This document shows, one piece after another, positions 1 to 9,417 of a stretch of 64,000 nt of DNA. The notes under the pieces are model-generated. The model did no database searches. It had not been told where the DNA came from and saw only the letters and a program-made list of their open reading frames with translations. Position numbers and translations under genes: made by a program. Each line of letters begins with the position of its first letter. Within the stretch, counting starts at the first letter, position 1. This DNA comes from an uncultured bacterium. GTDB lineage: Bacteria; Chloroflexota; UBA5177; JANWHV01. The stretch is from NCBI GenBank assembly GCA_963729625.1, contig CAVSOU010000010.1, positions 1,184,001-1,248,000 of the forward strand. Reading direction: 5' to 3'.

Positions 1-349
1 AGATGCTCTCGAGAAGCTCTACACAGAGTACCTGCCGGCCGGCTGGGCGGCGATGATCGATGAAGCGAACGGCCAGTACGTGGCCTTCACATTCGACAGG
101 GCGGTGGTGCCATTCGTAGGCATGGCCGTCAACCGAGACGGCTGGCCATTCGATGGAGTTCCATCGTCGAGCCTGATACTCGAGCCGTGCACTGGCTGGC
201 CTGACCGCCTGGACGAGGCCGTCAGCCGGGGTGCGTACGTGACCATTCCCGCGGGCGAGGTGGTTCGGTGGCATGTCGACATGCATGTCGGAAGCGGCGA
301 AACTGAATTGTCGCACGTGATCGCGTTGGACGGTACCCAGGCCACCTGA
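1..349 (+). CDS. galactose mutarotase/aldose 1-epimerase-like protein, C-terminal part (5' end outside window)
   Basis: Frame is open from base 2 (DALEKLYTEYLPAGWAAMID...). The C-terminal LILEPCTGWPD...IPAGEVVRW is typical of mutarotase-like folds. Confidence 0.55.
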   Translation, partial: DALEKLYTEYLPAGWAAMIDEANGQYVAFTFDRAVVPFVGMAVNRDGWPFDGVPSSSLILEPCTGWPDRLDEAVSRGAYVTIPAGEVVRWHVDMHVGSGETELSHVIALDGTQAT

Positions 350-387
350 ACGGACTTCTTGCGGAGAAGCCAAGAAAGGTCACGACT

Positions 388-1578
388 ATGGAAGGACAAT
401 CAGCGGCGACACCGCTCACTCCAAGCGAGCGCGCGCACTTCCAGCAACTGTTCGAGAGGCGGCTCGAGGCCGTAAAAGCGAAGACGGACGACTTGTTCGC
501 GTTTCGGGAAACCGAGGTCCCGCCGTTTATTGTGAACGGCGCCTTCTACACGATATTCGGCATCGATACGGATGCACTTCCCGACACGTACTTCGAGGAT
601 CCAGCGCAAATGACCAATTTCCAGGAGCGCATGTACTACGAGCAGGTAGAGGCCATCGACGATGCCTTTGTCCCTTACCTGATGCCATGGTTCGGCACCG
701 CCGTTGTCCCCTCGGCCTTCGGCTGCAAGATTGAGTTCTACCCGAAGCTGGACCCGGCAGCCGATCCGCACTTCTATCCCGTTGTGACTGTCGAGGACGT
801 CAAGAAGTTGCAGATTCCCGATCCGAATCGGGACGGCCTGATGCCCAGGGTATTGGCGTTCCAGCGTTACATGCGCGAGACCAGCTTCTTGCCTGTGGGG
901 GTCACTGATCTGCAGGGTCCGTTGACGACGGCAAACCAGCTCATGGGCTACGACAAGCTCATTTACTTGATGACCGACGAGCCTCAGGCGGCGCACGAGC
1001 TGATGGACAAAGTAACCGAAACGCTTATCCAGTGGATCAAGGCACAGAAGAAGGTGATTGGAGAATCGCTCACCGAATGCGTCGGCGTCCAGCAGTTCTA
1101 CACGGGAAGACACGCCGGGATCTGGATCTCCGACGATGACGCAGTGATCATGTCGCCCAAGTACTATCGCGAGTTCGTGGTGCCGTACAACTCCAGACTG
1201 CTGCAAGCGTTCGGCGGTGGCTGCGTGCACTTCTGCGGGGGCGGCGCGCATCAGATAGACAACCTGCTCGCAACCGACGGCCTCGTGGCAGTACACAATT
1301 TCGTGCTGCATAACAGCCGAGCTTTCCACGCACTGCGATCGCGCCTCGAAGGGCGTATCGTCATGTTCGCCTGTGAAATGACGCCGCTCGACTACGAGAC
1401 ATACTACAGCGAGCTGCTCGAGGGTGTGTCGCTGCCTGGCCTCGAGCTCAGCTCGTGGTATTCGCCGAACGTCGCGCTCCTGCCCGGCGGGAAATACCAG
1501 GCTGTAAACCGCGATATGCGATCCGGCCGCCAACGCGTATACGAGTATCTCAAGCGGCGCTTTCAGGCCCGTCCCTAG
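388..1578 (+). CDS. uroporphyrinogen decarboxylase / MtaA-CmuA family protein
   Basis: Motifs TDLQGPLTTA, SDDDAVIMSPKYYREF and HFCG (putative Zn ligand H-x-C); RBS AAGG upstream. Confidence 0.8.
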   Translation: MEGQSAATPLTPSERAHFQQLFERRLEAVKAKTDDLFAFRETEVPPFIVNGAFYTIFGIDTDALPDTYFEDPAQMTNFQERMYYEQVEAIDDAFVPYLMPWFGTAVVPSAFGCKIEFYPKLDPAADPHFYPVVTVEDVKKLQIPDPNRDGLMPRVLAFQRYMRETSFLPVGVTDLQGPLTTANQLMGYDKLIYLMTDEPQAAHELMDKVTETLIQWIKAQKKVIGESLTECVGVQQFYTGRHAGIWISDDDAVIMSPKYYREFVVPYNSRLLQAFGGGCVHFCGGGAHQIDNLLATDGLVAVHNFVLHNSRAFHALRSRLEGRIVMFACEMTPLDYETYYSELLEGVSLPGLELSSWYSPNVALLPGGKYQAVNRDMRSGRQRVYEYLKRRFQARP

Positions 1579-1627
1579 CGGCAGAGGCCAGCCGAGGGGG
1601 CAGATCACCCACAAGGCCGAAGAGCTT

Positions 1628-1651
1628 CAGATATCTGATATACTAGATATG
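1628..1651 (+). promoter_or_regulatory. putative GntR operator (ATATC-T-GATAT) overlapping extended -10 TGATATACT
   Basis: AT-rich palindrome upstream of gntR; the same core occurs near 4809 and 8137. Confidence 0.6.
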
Positions 1652-1917
1652 ACTGGAGCCCTGGATTGCTCGCGCGTCCTGAAAGGAGAGGATTCGCCGC
1701 TCGCGGTAGGTGCGCCACGAGTGTCGGGCGCACGCTGACGCGGGCCGCAGTGGCCCGATGGGCACACCCGTCAGATCGATAGTGATGGTGCCCTCGTGGA
1801 GATGCCGGCGTTGCACACGCCATGGCAGGCGTCCCCGGCCCGGGATGGCTCATTGGCGCGTGTCATCCCTGGTGGACAAGCGCAGGCCAGAAAGGAACCC
1901 GCGGGCTGAATCGGCAG

Positions 1918-2718
1918 ATGGTTAACGTTGTCGCCGACGATCAAGTCAGGAAGCCTGCCCCGCGCGAAGGCTATGCGGCGGGCACGCTGGCCCGTGACGC
2001 AAACTTCAAGTTCAGGGTCTATCGCACGATTCGCAAGGCCATTGTAGATGGTGCGCTCCCGCCAGGGGCGCGCTTGGTCGAAGCGAGCCTCGCGGCGCAG
2101 TTTGGTATCAGCAAGACGCCGATACGTGAGGCCCTGCTGATGTTGCAGGCCGAGAATCTGGTTACCATACGCCCTCACAAAGGTTACTGGGTAAGGCACC
2201 TGTCGCTGTCGGAGTTCAGCGAAGCGCTCTTTCTGCTCGACGCGCTGGAGTTTGCCGCCTTACAACCAGCGCTGGCAGGCGTGACGCCCGCGCGTCTCGA
2301 GCGCGCGCGCGCGCTCGCGGCAACCATGGCCACGGCCGTATCCGAACGAGACATCGACGCGTACCGCCTGGCGCAGCGCACCTTGCATCGGGTGGTGCAC
2401 ATCCCTCCAGGCCACCCGCTCCTGGCGAGCTCCATTGAGCGGCTCATGGACATCACGGATCGGTATCATCGTCTCACCATCGCCGCGCGCCCTGAGCAGC
2501 TTTCGCGGGATATCGAACGATCAGCGGCCCGCGTCGCCGCGTTGGAGACTGGCGACGCTGCTCGCATGATAGCCTTCATTCGCGATAGCCACCGGCAAGT
2601 ACTGAATACCCTTCGCGAGGCCGTGGCCGCGGACCAGGGCGGCATCGCTGCGCTGTTCGTACCAGACGAGGACACGGCGGCGGGGGATGAAACGGCGCTG
2701 CTTGACGTTCTGGCGTAA
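1918..2718 (+). CDS. GntR family (FCD) transcriptional regulator
   Basis: wHTH LPPGARLVEASLAAQFGISKTPIREAL plus FCD C-terminal domain; start codon uncertain. Confidence 0.9.
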   Translation: MVNVVADDQVRKPAPREGYAAGTLARDANFKFRVYRTIRKAIVDGALPPGARLVEASLAAQFGISKTPIREALLMLQAENLVTIRPHKGYWVRHLSLSEFSEALFLLDALEFAALQPALAGVTPARLERARALAATMATAVSERDIDAYRLAQRTLHRVVHIPPGHPLLASSIERLMDITDRYHRLTIAARPEQLSRDIERSAARVAALETGDAARMIAFIRDSHRQVLNTLREAVAADQGGIAALFVPDEDTAAGDETALLDVLA

Positions 2719-2825
2719 CATGCTGCGCCGAGGGCGCCAGTTCGACCAGGGTGCACCTGCCAGCCTGGGATCCCTCTATGCCGCACGATCCCGGCTACTT
2801 CGCTCATCCGCGGACGCGCCTAGCG

Positions 2826-3701
2826 TCACAGCGGCGCGGTCTGGCCAAGGCGTGCACGTTGACGCAGCGTGTCCGCTACCTTCTGATCGACCGACAGCGC
2901 GCTCGCATGCCGGGCCCCAGGAGGAAACTGGAACTCTTCGGTCACAATCTCCCAGGAGAAACCGTCCGCGCTGACGGAAGCGCCGAGGCCGCCTCGAATG
3001 AAGCAGTCGTACAGCAACGTCCAGCGGCCACCATGCCAGAAGAGTGATGGCCGCTCCACGGGAGAGAGTGTCTCCACGCTGACCGGATCACCAAATGTCG
3101 CGCCCAGTCCATTCAAGCGCACCGGGCAGACCCAAAAGGCCGATCCCGGAGTCTCGTCCTCAGGCTGGCCGCGCTCGGCCTTATAAGCCATCAGGCATTC
3201 GCCATCGCGACTCCAGACCGACGAATCGCTTACGGCATAGCCTGGGTCGAAGAACATCTTCGACGGTGAATAGTAACGGAAGTCGCGCGTGGCGCTGGCC
3301 CAGATGCGGTGTTCCCATTGCGCCCCGTGTCCGGGGGGACGGACCGCGGAAGTCCAAACGATACGGTAGAGCTCGGCAAGCGGGTCGAAGATACAGGTCG
3401 GCGCGCACGCGGTTGCGGCGCCCGGCACGCCGGCCATGACCGGCAGCAACTCTTGCGGAGTCCAGCACTGCAAGTCGCGCGACGTGCTGTGCACGATGCT
3501 CGTGCTCCGCCAGCCGTCCGAATAGAACAGGTGGAACGTGCCGTCATTCGCCTGAATCACAAAGGGATCGCGCATGGTTCGGGCTCCGGCTACTGGCCGG
3601 AGCGGAGCCTCGTCGAACAGCGCATTCCACACCAGGCCATCTGCACTTATCGCCAGGTGCAGCGCCTCGTTCGTCGTTTGAGAATACGTTAGCACTAGCA
3701 C
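2826..3701 (-). CDS. GH43-like five-bladed beta-propeller glycoside hydrolase
   Basis: LHLAISADG, MRDPF, STSRDL..W, ATRDFRYYS..FFDPGY and ERP motifs. Confidence 0.75.
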   Translation of the reverse strand: MLVLTYSQTTNEALHLAISADGLVWNALFDEAPLRPVAGARTMRDPFVIQANDGTFHLFYSDGWRSTSIVHSTSRDLQCWTPQELLPVMAGVPGAATACAPTCIFDPLAELYRIVWTSAVRPPGHGAQWEHRIWASATRDFRYYSPSKMFFDPGYAVSDSSVWSRDGECLMAYKAERGQPEDETPGSAFWVCPVRLNGLGATFGDPVSVETLSPVERPSLFWHGGRWTLLYDCFIRGGLGASVSADGFSWEIVTEEFQFPPGARHASALSVDQKVADTLRQRARLGQTAPL

Positions 3702-3867
3702 TGCGGGCGCCCCCTTGCCACGACCACTCAGACGACATAGTATTCGCGGCTAGGAGCGATGCCTATGCGGAAAAGTTCGAATTTCATGCTGACTGGTGCG
3801 CAATCCTTGCCTGCCGCCAGCCGAGGCCGCAGGCTTGTTTTGCACCTGAGCGTATGTGCTGGGCGGG

Positions 3868-4710
3868 TCAGCTGCCGCGTGTCAATGGAATCGGCTGGCC
3901 GATTTCGGGAATGACCACCCGCCCGCGTCCGCCTAGCCGACCATACGTCTCGGCGAAGACTGTCGGATCCAGGGTGGCCTCATCCCCGGCGGTGTTGGTG
4001 GCCCAGAGATAGTGATGTATGGGTATCACCAACTTGCTGCCCAGTTGCCACGCCAGCAGCGCGGCCTCGTGAGCGTTCATGTTCCCGCCAACGCCGTTGA
4101 TGCAGACCATACACACGTCGAGCTGCCGGGCGCGCAGGAGGCGCAGGCGAATATCGTACTCCGTGTCGCCGCAGTGGTAGATCGTGAGATCACCGACGGT
4201 AAGAATAATCCCCATCGCGTCCGGGACTTCCCAACCGGGGGTGTCGACCACGTGGCGCGCCGGCGCATGCGAGATCGTGACATCATCGAATTGCACGGTC
4301 TGACCATCGGCCAACGCCGACGCCCGGTCGCGTGGCACACCCCAGCCAAGCGCGCGCGACAGCGCGGTAGGTGGCATGACAAATCGTGTCGCGGGGCTGT
4401 GTCGCGCAATCAGCGGAATTGTGCCAGGGTCAAGGTGATCCTCATGCCAGTGCGACGACACCACCACCGTCGGGCGCGCATCGGCTGGGGAGATCGGAGG
4501 TGGGAAGGCCCGAGCCTGACCGAAGATGTCGTTCACGCTATCGGACAGATAGGGGTCGAGATAGACCTGTGTTCCGGCGGCAGTCTTCAATACGAAACCC
4601 GATCCTCCCAGCCACCAGGCTGTCACCTGGCCTTGCGGCACGCTCGTTGCCGCGATGCGGTTCACCAAGCTGGTCTCGTTCACTGAGCCGTCCACCACTA
4701 CCCCTCCCAT
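3868..4710 (-). CDS. MBL-fold metallo-hydrolase, UlaG-like lactonase
   Basis: WWLGGSGF, LDPYLS, SHWHEDHLD, YHCGDT and IPIHH motifs. Confidence 0.85.
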   Translation of the reverse strand: MGGVVVDGSVNETSLVNRIAATSVPQGQVTAWWLGGSGFVLKTAAGTQVYLDPYLSDSVNDIFGQARAFPPPISPADARPTVVVSSHWHEDHLDPGTIPLIARHSPATRFVMPPTALSRALGWGVPRDRASALADGQTVQFDDVTISHAPARHVVDTPGWEVPDAMGIILTVGDLTIYHCGDTEYDIRLRLLRARQLDVCMVCINGVGGNMNAHEAALLAWQLGSKLVIPIHHYLWATNTAGDEATLDPTVFAETYGRLGGRGRVVIPEIGQPIPLTRGS

Positions 4711-4792
4711 CTATTGCCTCGCTCAGGCAGCCGCCGCGTCCGCCCAGGCGATGGCGTAAAGGCGCGCCCGTGGCTCGCGTCACCTCCGCTGC

Positions 4793-4834
4793 CTTGACGC
4801 GCTGTCAGAATATCATATATTATCCATCATATCC
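4793..4834 (+). promoter_or_regulatory. sigma70-type promoter (TTGACG...TATTAT) with embedded putative GntR operator
   Basis: Near-copy of the element at 8122-8163; lies in a divergent intergenic region. Confidence 0.65.
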
Positions 4835-5027
4835 AAGAGGCGCCGCCCGACGACGGCAGCGGTGCAGGCTGCTGCATGTGTTGGGGCTCGAGCGATAGCA
4901 GTGCGTTCGTTGTTCGACGAGGGGCCATGCACAGAGGTGGGCGCGGGCGTTGAAGCGGCAGAGGACGCTCTTCATGAGGTACATCTGCTGAAGCTTGAAT
5001 TCTGAAGCTGAAAGCGGGAGACGAAAC

Positions 5028-5861
5028 ATGATCGCCGACTGGTTCGACCTCTCCGGGCACGTGGCAATGGTAACCGGGGCAGGCGCAAACGGAGGAAACG
5101 GCCACGCGATCGCCGTGGCCTTCGCGCGCTCGGGCGCCGACGTGTTCGTAAGCGACATCGACGAGCACGGCATGGACCAAACTAGGCGCGAGATAGAAGA
5201 CCTGGGCCGTGTCTGCAGCGGCTGTCGTTGTGACAACGGCGATCCGACACAGATCGCGGCAATGTTCGAGCAGTTTGATCGCGCGTTCGATTGCATCGAC
5301 ATTCTGGTCAACAATGTGGGAATCGGCTGCCGATCGCATCCCGAGGATCTCACGCTGGAGCGATGGCGTAGGGTGATGGCCGTTAACCTGGAAGGGACAT
5401 TCCTGTGCGCGCGTGAAGCGGGTACGCGCATGATCCGGCGTGGTCGCGGCGGCAACATCATCAACATCGGGTCGATTGCCGGCGTGACGGCTCTCGGCCG
5501 GGGTAACTTCGTGTATAGCGTCACCAAAGGCGGCATAAACCAGCTTACTCGCGAGCTCGCGGTGGAGTGGTCGCCGCACCAAATCAGAGTAAACGCGATC
5601 CTGCCTGCACAGATTCTGACCCCGTTGCTCCAGCAAATGTTCGATGATCCGCGCCTGAACACGCAGCGGCTGCGCGAACGCCTGCTGGCAGGCATTCCCC
5701 TGGGTCGGCTGGGCGAGCCCGACGACGTCGCCAAGGCGGCGGTCTTTCTGGCTTCCGATGCCGCCTCGTTTATTACCGGTCACCTGCTGCCTGTAGACGG
5801 AGGCAATCTCGCTCTGAACGGCGGCGGCAGCCGCGTGTGGCCCAGCGACGACGAAAGCTAG
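5028..5861 (+). CDS. SDR family oxidoreductase
   Basis: TGAGANGGNG, NNVG, YSVTK and ITG motifs; GGGAG RBS before ATG 5028. Confidence 0.9.
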   Translation: MIADWFDLSGHVAMVTGAGANGGNGHAIAVAFARSGADVFVSDIDEHGMDQTRREIEDLGRVCSGCRCDNGDPTQIAAMFEQFDRAFDCIDILVNNVGIGCRSHPEDLTLERWRRVMAVNLEGTFLCAREAGTRMIRRGRGGNIINIGSIAGVTALGRGNFVYSVTKGGINQLTRELAVEWSPHQIRVNAILPAQILTPLLQQMFDDPRLNTQRLRERLLAGIPLGRLGEPDDVAKAAVFLASDAASFITGHLLPVDGGNLALNGGGSRVWPSDDES

Positions 5862-5946
5862 GACGAAATCAGCCTCCGGCCGCAGCCGGCAGGCCCACGC
5901 CGCAGTGGGGATCCCGTTCCATCCGGACGCACACGGAGGCCATTTT

Positions 5947-7116
5947 TCAGACTGAAGATGGCCGCGCGGCATCGCGCGGTATCTCCAACAGCGAGTCCGC
6001 GGAATAGAGACCTAGCCCACGCGGAATACCAGGGTGCGCGCGGGCAACCTCTTCGTTGAGGTCGATGCCCAATCCAGGTCCATCCGGGACGCGCACCTTG
6101 CCGCCCACGACGCGGATTGGCGGCGACGCCAGATCATCCCGCCAGGGCGCGTCACCAGGGTCAAACATCTCCTGAATCTGCACGTTCGGCAGCGTGGATA
6201 CGACCTGCAGGGTTGCAGCCGAGGAGATCGGGCCGGCCGCGTTGTGAGCGGCCACGCCGACAGAATACGCTTCAGCCATCACGGCAATCCGCTGCAGCTC
6301 TGCAATCCCGCCCACATGGATGACGTCGGGCTGGATCAACGGCACCAGCCGGGCCTCGAGCAGGTCCCGATAGTGCCAGCGCGAGTACAAGCGTTCGCCA
6401 AGCACGATTGGAATCCGGCACTGCCGTACCAGCTGCACGATGGCCGCGGGATCGTGAGGATGCACAGGCTCCTCGACGAAGAATGGATCGTAGGGTTCGA
6501 GGCGCTGAAGAAGGCGTAGAGCGCTGAGCAGGCCGAAACGTCCGTGTGCATCGAGACCAATGCGCATGCCGGCTCCGACCGCGGCGCGCACGGCGGCCAC
6601 GGTGGCGACGCCGCGCTCGATCTCGTCGCCGCTCTGCGCGAACGACGCGCGCCCGAAAGGATCAAACTTGAGTGCCCGGTAACCCAACGCGAGTGGCTGG
6701 CTCGCGGCCGAGGCGAACTCGGCAGGCGTGGTGGCCCCGAAGTACCAGGCGTTGGAGTAGGCCTCGACCTCGTCGTGCAGCTTGCCGCCGAGCAACGCGT
6801 GCACGGGCACACCGAGCGATTTGCCCAGGATATCCCAGAACGCCATCTCCAGCCCGCCCATGGCGCTACGCAGAACGGGCCCGTCCATCCAGAACGAATC
6901 GCGGGTCATCGTGCGACGATGCTCCTCGATGCGCCGCGGATCGCGTCCAAGGAGCTCGCGCCTGTAATCTGCTACCGCGCCCTGCACGGCAGACTCTTTG
7001 CCTTCCAGGCTGCATTCACCCCATCCTACGATGTCCACGTCCGTAGAGACTTTGACAAAAACGAAGTTGCGATAGAGTCCGTCCACGAACAGCGTCTGGA
7101 TATCTTCGATCTGCAC
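5947..7116 (-). CDS. mandelate racemase/MLE family dehydratase (galactonate dehydratase-like)
   Basis: GWGE, LKFDPF, LDAHGR, FVEEP, GERL, QPDV and AAHN motifs; GTG start at 7116 after AAGGG. Confidence 0.9.
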   Translation of the reverse strand: MQIEDIQTLFVDGLYRNFVFVKVSTDVDIVGWGECSLEGKESAVQGAVADYRRELLGRDPRRIEEHRRTMTRDSFWMDGPVLRSAMGGLEMAFWDILGKSLGVPVHALLGGKLHDEVEAYSNAWYFGATTPAEFASAASQPLALGYRALKFDPFGRASFAQSGDEIERGVATVAAVRAAVGAGMRIGLDAHGRFGLLSALRLLQRLEPYDPFFVEEPVHPHDPAAIVQLVRQCRIPIVLGERLYSRWHYRDLLEARLVPLIQPDVIHVGGIAELQRIAVMAEAYSVGVAAHNAAGPISSAATLQVVSTLPNVQIQEMFDPGDAPWRDDLASPPIRVVGGKVRVPDGPGLGIDLNEEVARAHPGIPRGLGLYSADSLLEIPRDAARPSSV

Positions 7117-7379
7117 GAGCCGGTCCCTTCTGTCGCTGAGTACATCTGGTCGCGGTGTCGGGGATGCGGAGGCGCTCAGCCTTACCCGACCCGCGATCAC
7201 TGCAAGATACGAAATACGAGCTGCCGCCGGCGGCAGCTCCCCTCGGCCTCTCGATACGCCGCATCAGCCAGGTCGGCCCGGGCCGAACACCCGCCCGGGT
7301 CAAGTGAACGATAGCTCGATGAACGATCCACGACTCATCGATCCGGCCCGACGTCAGGAGACAGACTGCCATGTCCCGA

Positions 7380-8117
7380 CTATAACGTGTTGCCGATCCG
7401 CTGCAGGGCTGCCGGCATGACCACCAGCTCCGGCACCAGCACGCGTGGCGGCAGTTGCGCCAGGAAGGTGATGATGCTGGCAAGGTCGTCAGGCACCAAT
7501 GCCTTGGCCAGCACGTCAGCAGCCGGCGGCTCAGGCCGCGCGTTCAGCAATGGAGTATCAATGAGACCGGGGCAAACCGCAGTGACACGCACGCCGTATC
7601 TCTGCTCCTCCAGGCCAATCGCATGGGCCATCCCCAGTACCGCGCGCTTGCTGGCTTGATAGGCTGGTCCGGAGGCATCAGGCCAGCGCGCCGACACCGA
7701 GGCGATGATCACCACGAGGCCGGCGCGCGCCCGCAGCATCTGGAGGCACGCCTGTGTCACATTGAAGGCGCCCGTGGCATTCGTATCGAGGATGCGCTGC
7801 CAGTCCTGGCTCGAAAGTTCTTCGAATCTGCGACGCTTCACATTGATGCCGGCGGCGCATACCAACAGATCCAATCCGCCGTAGTCGTCGTGCAATTGCG
7901 CCGCGAGCGTATCCACCTCCGGCCGGCTCGTGACATTTAGCGGCAAAACGCGCACGTTCGGCGCTTCCGCCGCGAATTCCTGCAGCGTGGGATTGTCGAG
8001 AGCGGCGCCGACGATCGTGAATCCTGCCGCGGCCAGGTGCAGGCAGGTAGCCCGGCCAACTCCGCTACTCGCGCCCGTCACCAACGCCACGCGACCTTTT
8101 GCACCGGGATTGACCAT
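7380..8117 (-). CDS. SDR family oxidoreductase
   Basis: TGASSGVG, YQASK and CPGLIDT motifs. Confidence 0.9.
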   Translation of the reverse strand: MVNPGAKGRVALVTGASSGVGRATCLHLAAAGFTIVGAALDNPTLQEFAAEAPNVRVLPLNVTSRPEVDTLAAQLHDDYGGLDLLVCAAGINVKRRRFEELSSQDWQRILDTNATGAFNVTQACLQMLRARAGLVVIIASVSARWPDASGPAYQASKRAVLGMAHAIGLEEQRYGVRVTAVCPGLIDTPLLNARPEPPAADVLAKALVPDDLASIITFLAQLPPRVLVPELVVMPAALQRIGNTL

Positions 8118-8121
8118 ACTG

Positions 8122-8163
8122 CTTGACGCCCTTCCGAATATCAGATATTATCGACCATATTCC
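8122..8163 (+). promoter_or_regulatory. sigma70-type promoter TTGACG-N17-TATTAT with palindrome AATATC-A-GATATT
   Basis: Canonical spacing; the palindrome overlaps the spacer and -10; shared with the element at 4793. Confidence 0.7.
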
Positions 8164-8343
8164 AAATTTGCTGCCATAGTAGCAAACGGCGTCTGCTGAG
8201 TCAAGCGCCCGATCTCGACGGCGCTGCTTCACTTGCTGACCGGAGATCGTCGGTGCGGTTACCGGGGCGCCACATGTGCCAGTGCCAGGTTTGCCTTGAG
8301 CGGGCATGAGGACATGTACCGGGCGAGAGAAAGGCGGAGCCCG

Positions 8344-9141
8344 ATGCTCGTCGGGTTGAACCAGGCGTCGTTTCCAGGAGTGTCGACGTCGGAGTTCATG
8401 GATATTGCCGCTCGAGCCGGCGCGGAGAACGTGTCGCTCCACCCGTACCGGGGTTCCGAGACCCATGCGGAGATCATTGCGCAGGCGCGGGCCGGAGGAG
8501 TCCGTGTCGCCGCCGTCGACGAGCTGATGGATTGGGCGCTTCCCGACGATCCATACCCGCATCCCGCGTTCGAGTCGTTGATCGAGCTGGCAAAGTCGGT
8601 CGGAGCACCCCTGCTCGTCTGTGTGGCCCCCCTCCGTCGCGAGGGGCTGCCTCCGCCGTCGACCGTCATGCGGTCTGCCGCTGAACGACTCTCCCTGCTT
8701 GCGGAGACTGCCAGGTCGCATGGCATCTCTCTCGCGCTTGAGCAGGTTGGGCGCTCGTCGACCCGGCCGGACGTGCGGAGCGGCATACGATCGCTCGCAA
8801 ACGCCTTGACGATCGTGGAACAGGCGGCTGATGACGTGCTGCTCGTCCTGGATGCGTTCAATATCGCGACGGCCGACGACGGATTCGACCAGATGCGCAA
8901 GCTGCCCGCCAGGCGCATCGGCATTGCTCACATAAACGACGCCGATGCGCAACTGCTGTCGCGCGTGTCGCTCGGCGAGGGCGTCCTTGACCTTCCGGGC
9001 TTCGTGCAAGCGCTTCACTCCCGCGGCTACGAGGGCTCGCTTTCACTCGAGCTGTTTCCAAGCGCGCCATGGCCTGATCCCTACGCAGAGGCCGCAAAGG
9101 CGGTGCAGGCTATCGTTCAACTGCTGGCAGCAGCGGCCTGA
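8344..9141 (+). CDS. sugar phosphate isomerase/epimerase (xylose isomerase-like TIM barrel)
   Basis: LALEQ, LDAFN, HINDA, R...GEG and GYEGSLSLELF motifs. Confidence 0.8.
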   Translation: MLVGLNQASFPGVSTSEFMDIAARAGAENVSLHPYRGSETHAEIIAQARAGGVRVAAVDELMDWALPDDPYPHPAFESLIELAKSVGAPLLVCVAPLRREGLPPPSTVMRSAAERLSLLAETARSHGISLALEQVGRSSTRPDVRSGIRSLANALTIVEQAADDVLLVLDAFNIATADDGFDQMRKLPARRIGIAHINDADAQLLSRVSLGEGVLDLPGFVQALHSRGYEGSLSLELFPSAPWPDPYAEAAKAVQAIVQLLAAAA

Positions 9142-9417
9142 CCTGCTCGCGGCGCGCCACGTTCTCCAATGCGCCAGGCAGACACGGCGTCCGCGTCCGC
9201 AGCAAGACACACACCGTCGATCGCCTCTTCCGCCTCCCGGTGGTCTGGCCCGTTTGATCTACGAAATGGCCGTGCTGCGCTAGAATGAGCGTTGAAAGGC
9301 GGCGATGCACCGCCTGAGCGGGCAGATCGGCCCGACGCGTGGGTGCATTCCCGACCTCGATCGCCCGGCGCCGTTTGTTTGCCATGCGGTCGCTGCAGAC
9401 CTGAAGGAGAACTGGAT

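Noticed and set aside
400-1614. Long antisense ORFs (also 9448-10761, 15298-16428, 46645-48267, 52552-53838)
   Set aside because: Shadow ORFs opposite well-supported genes, expected at high GC; no motifs.
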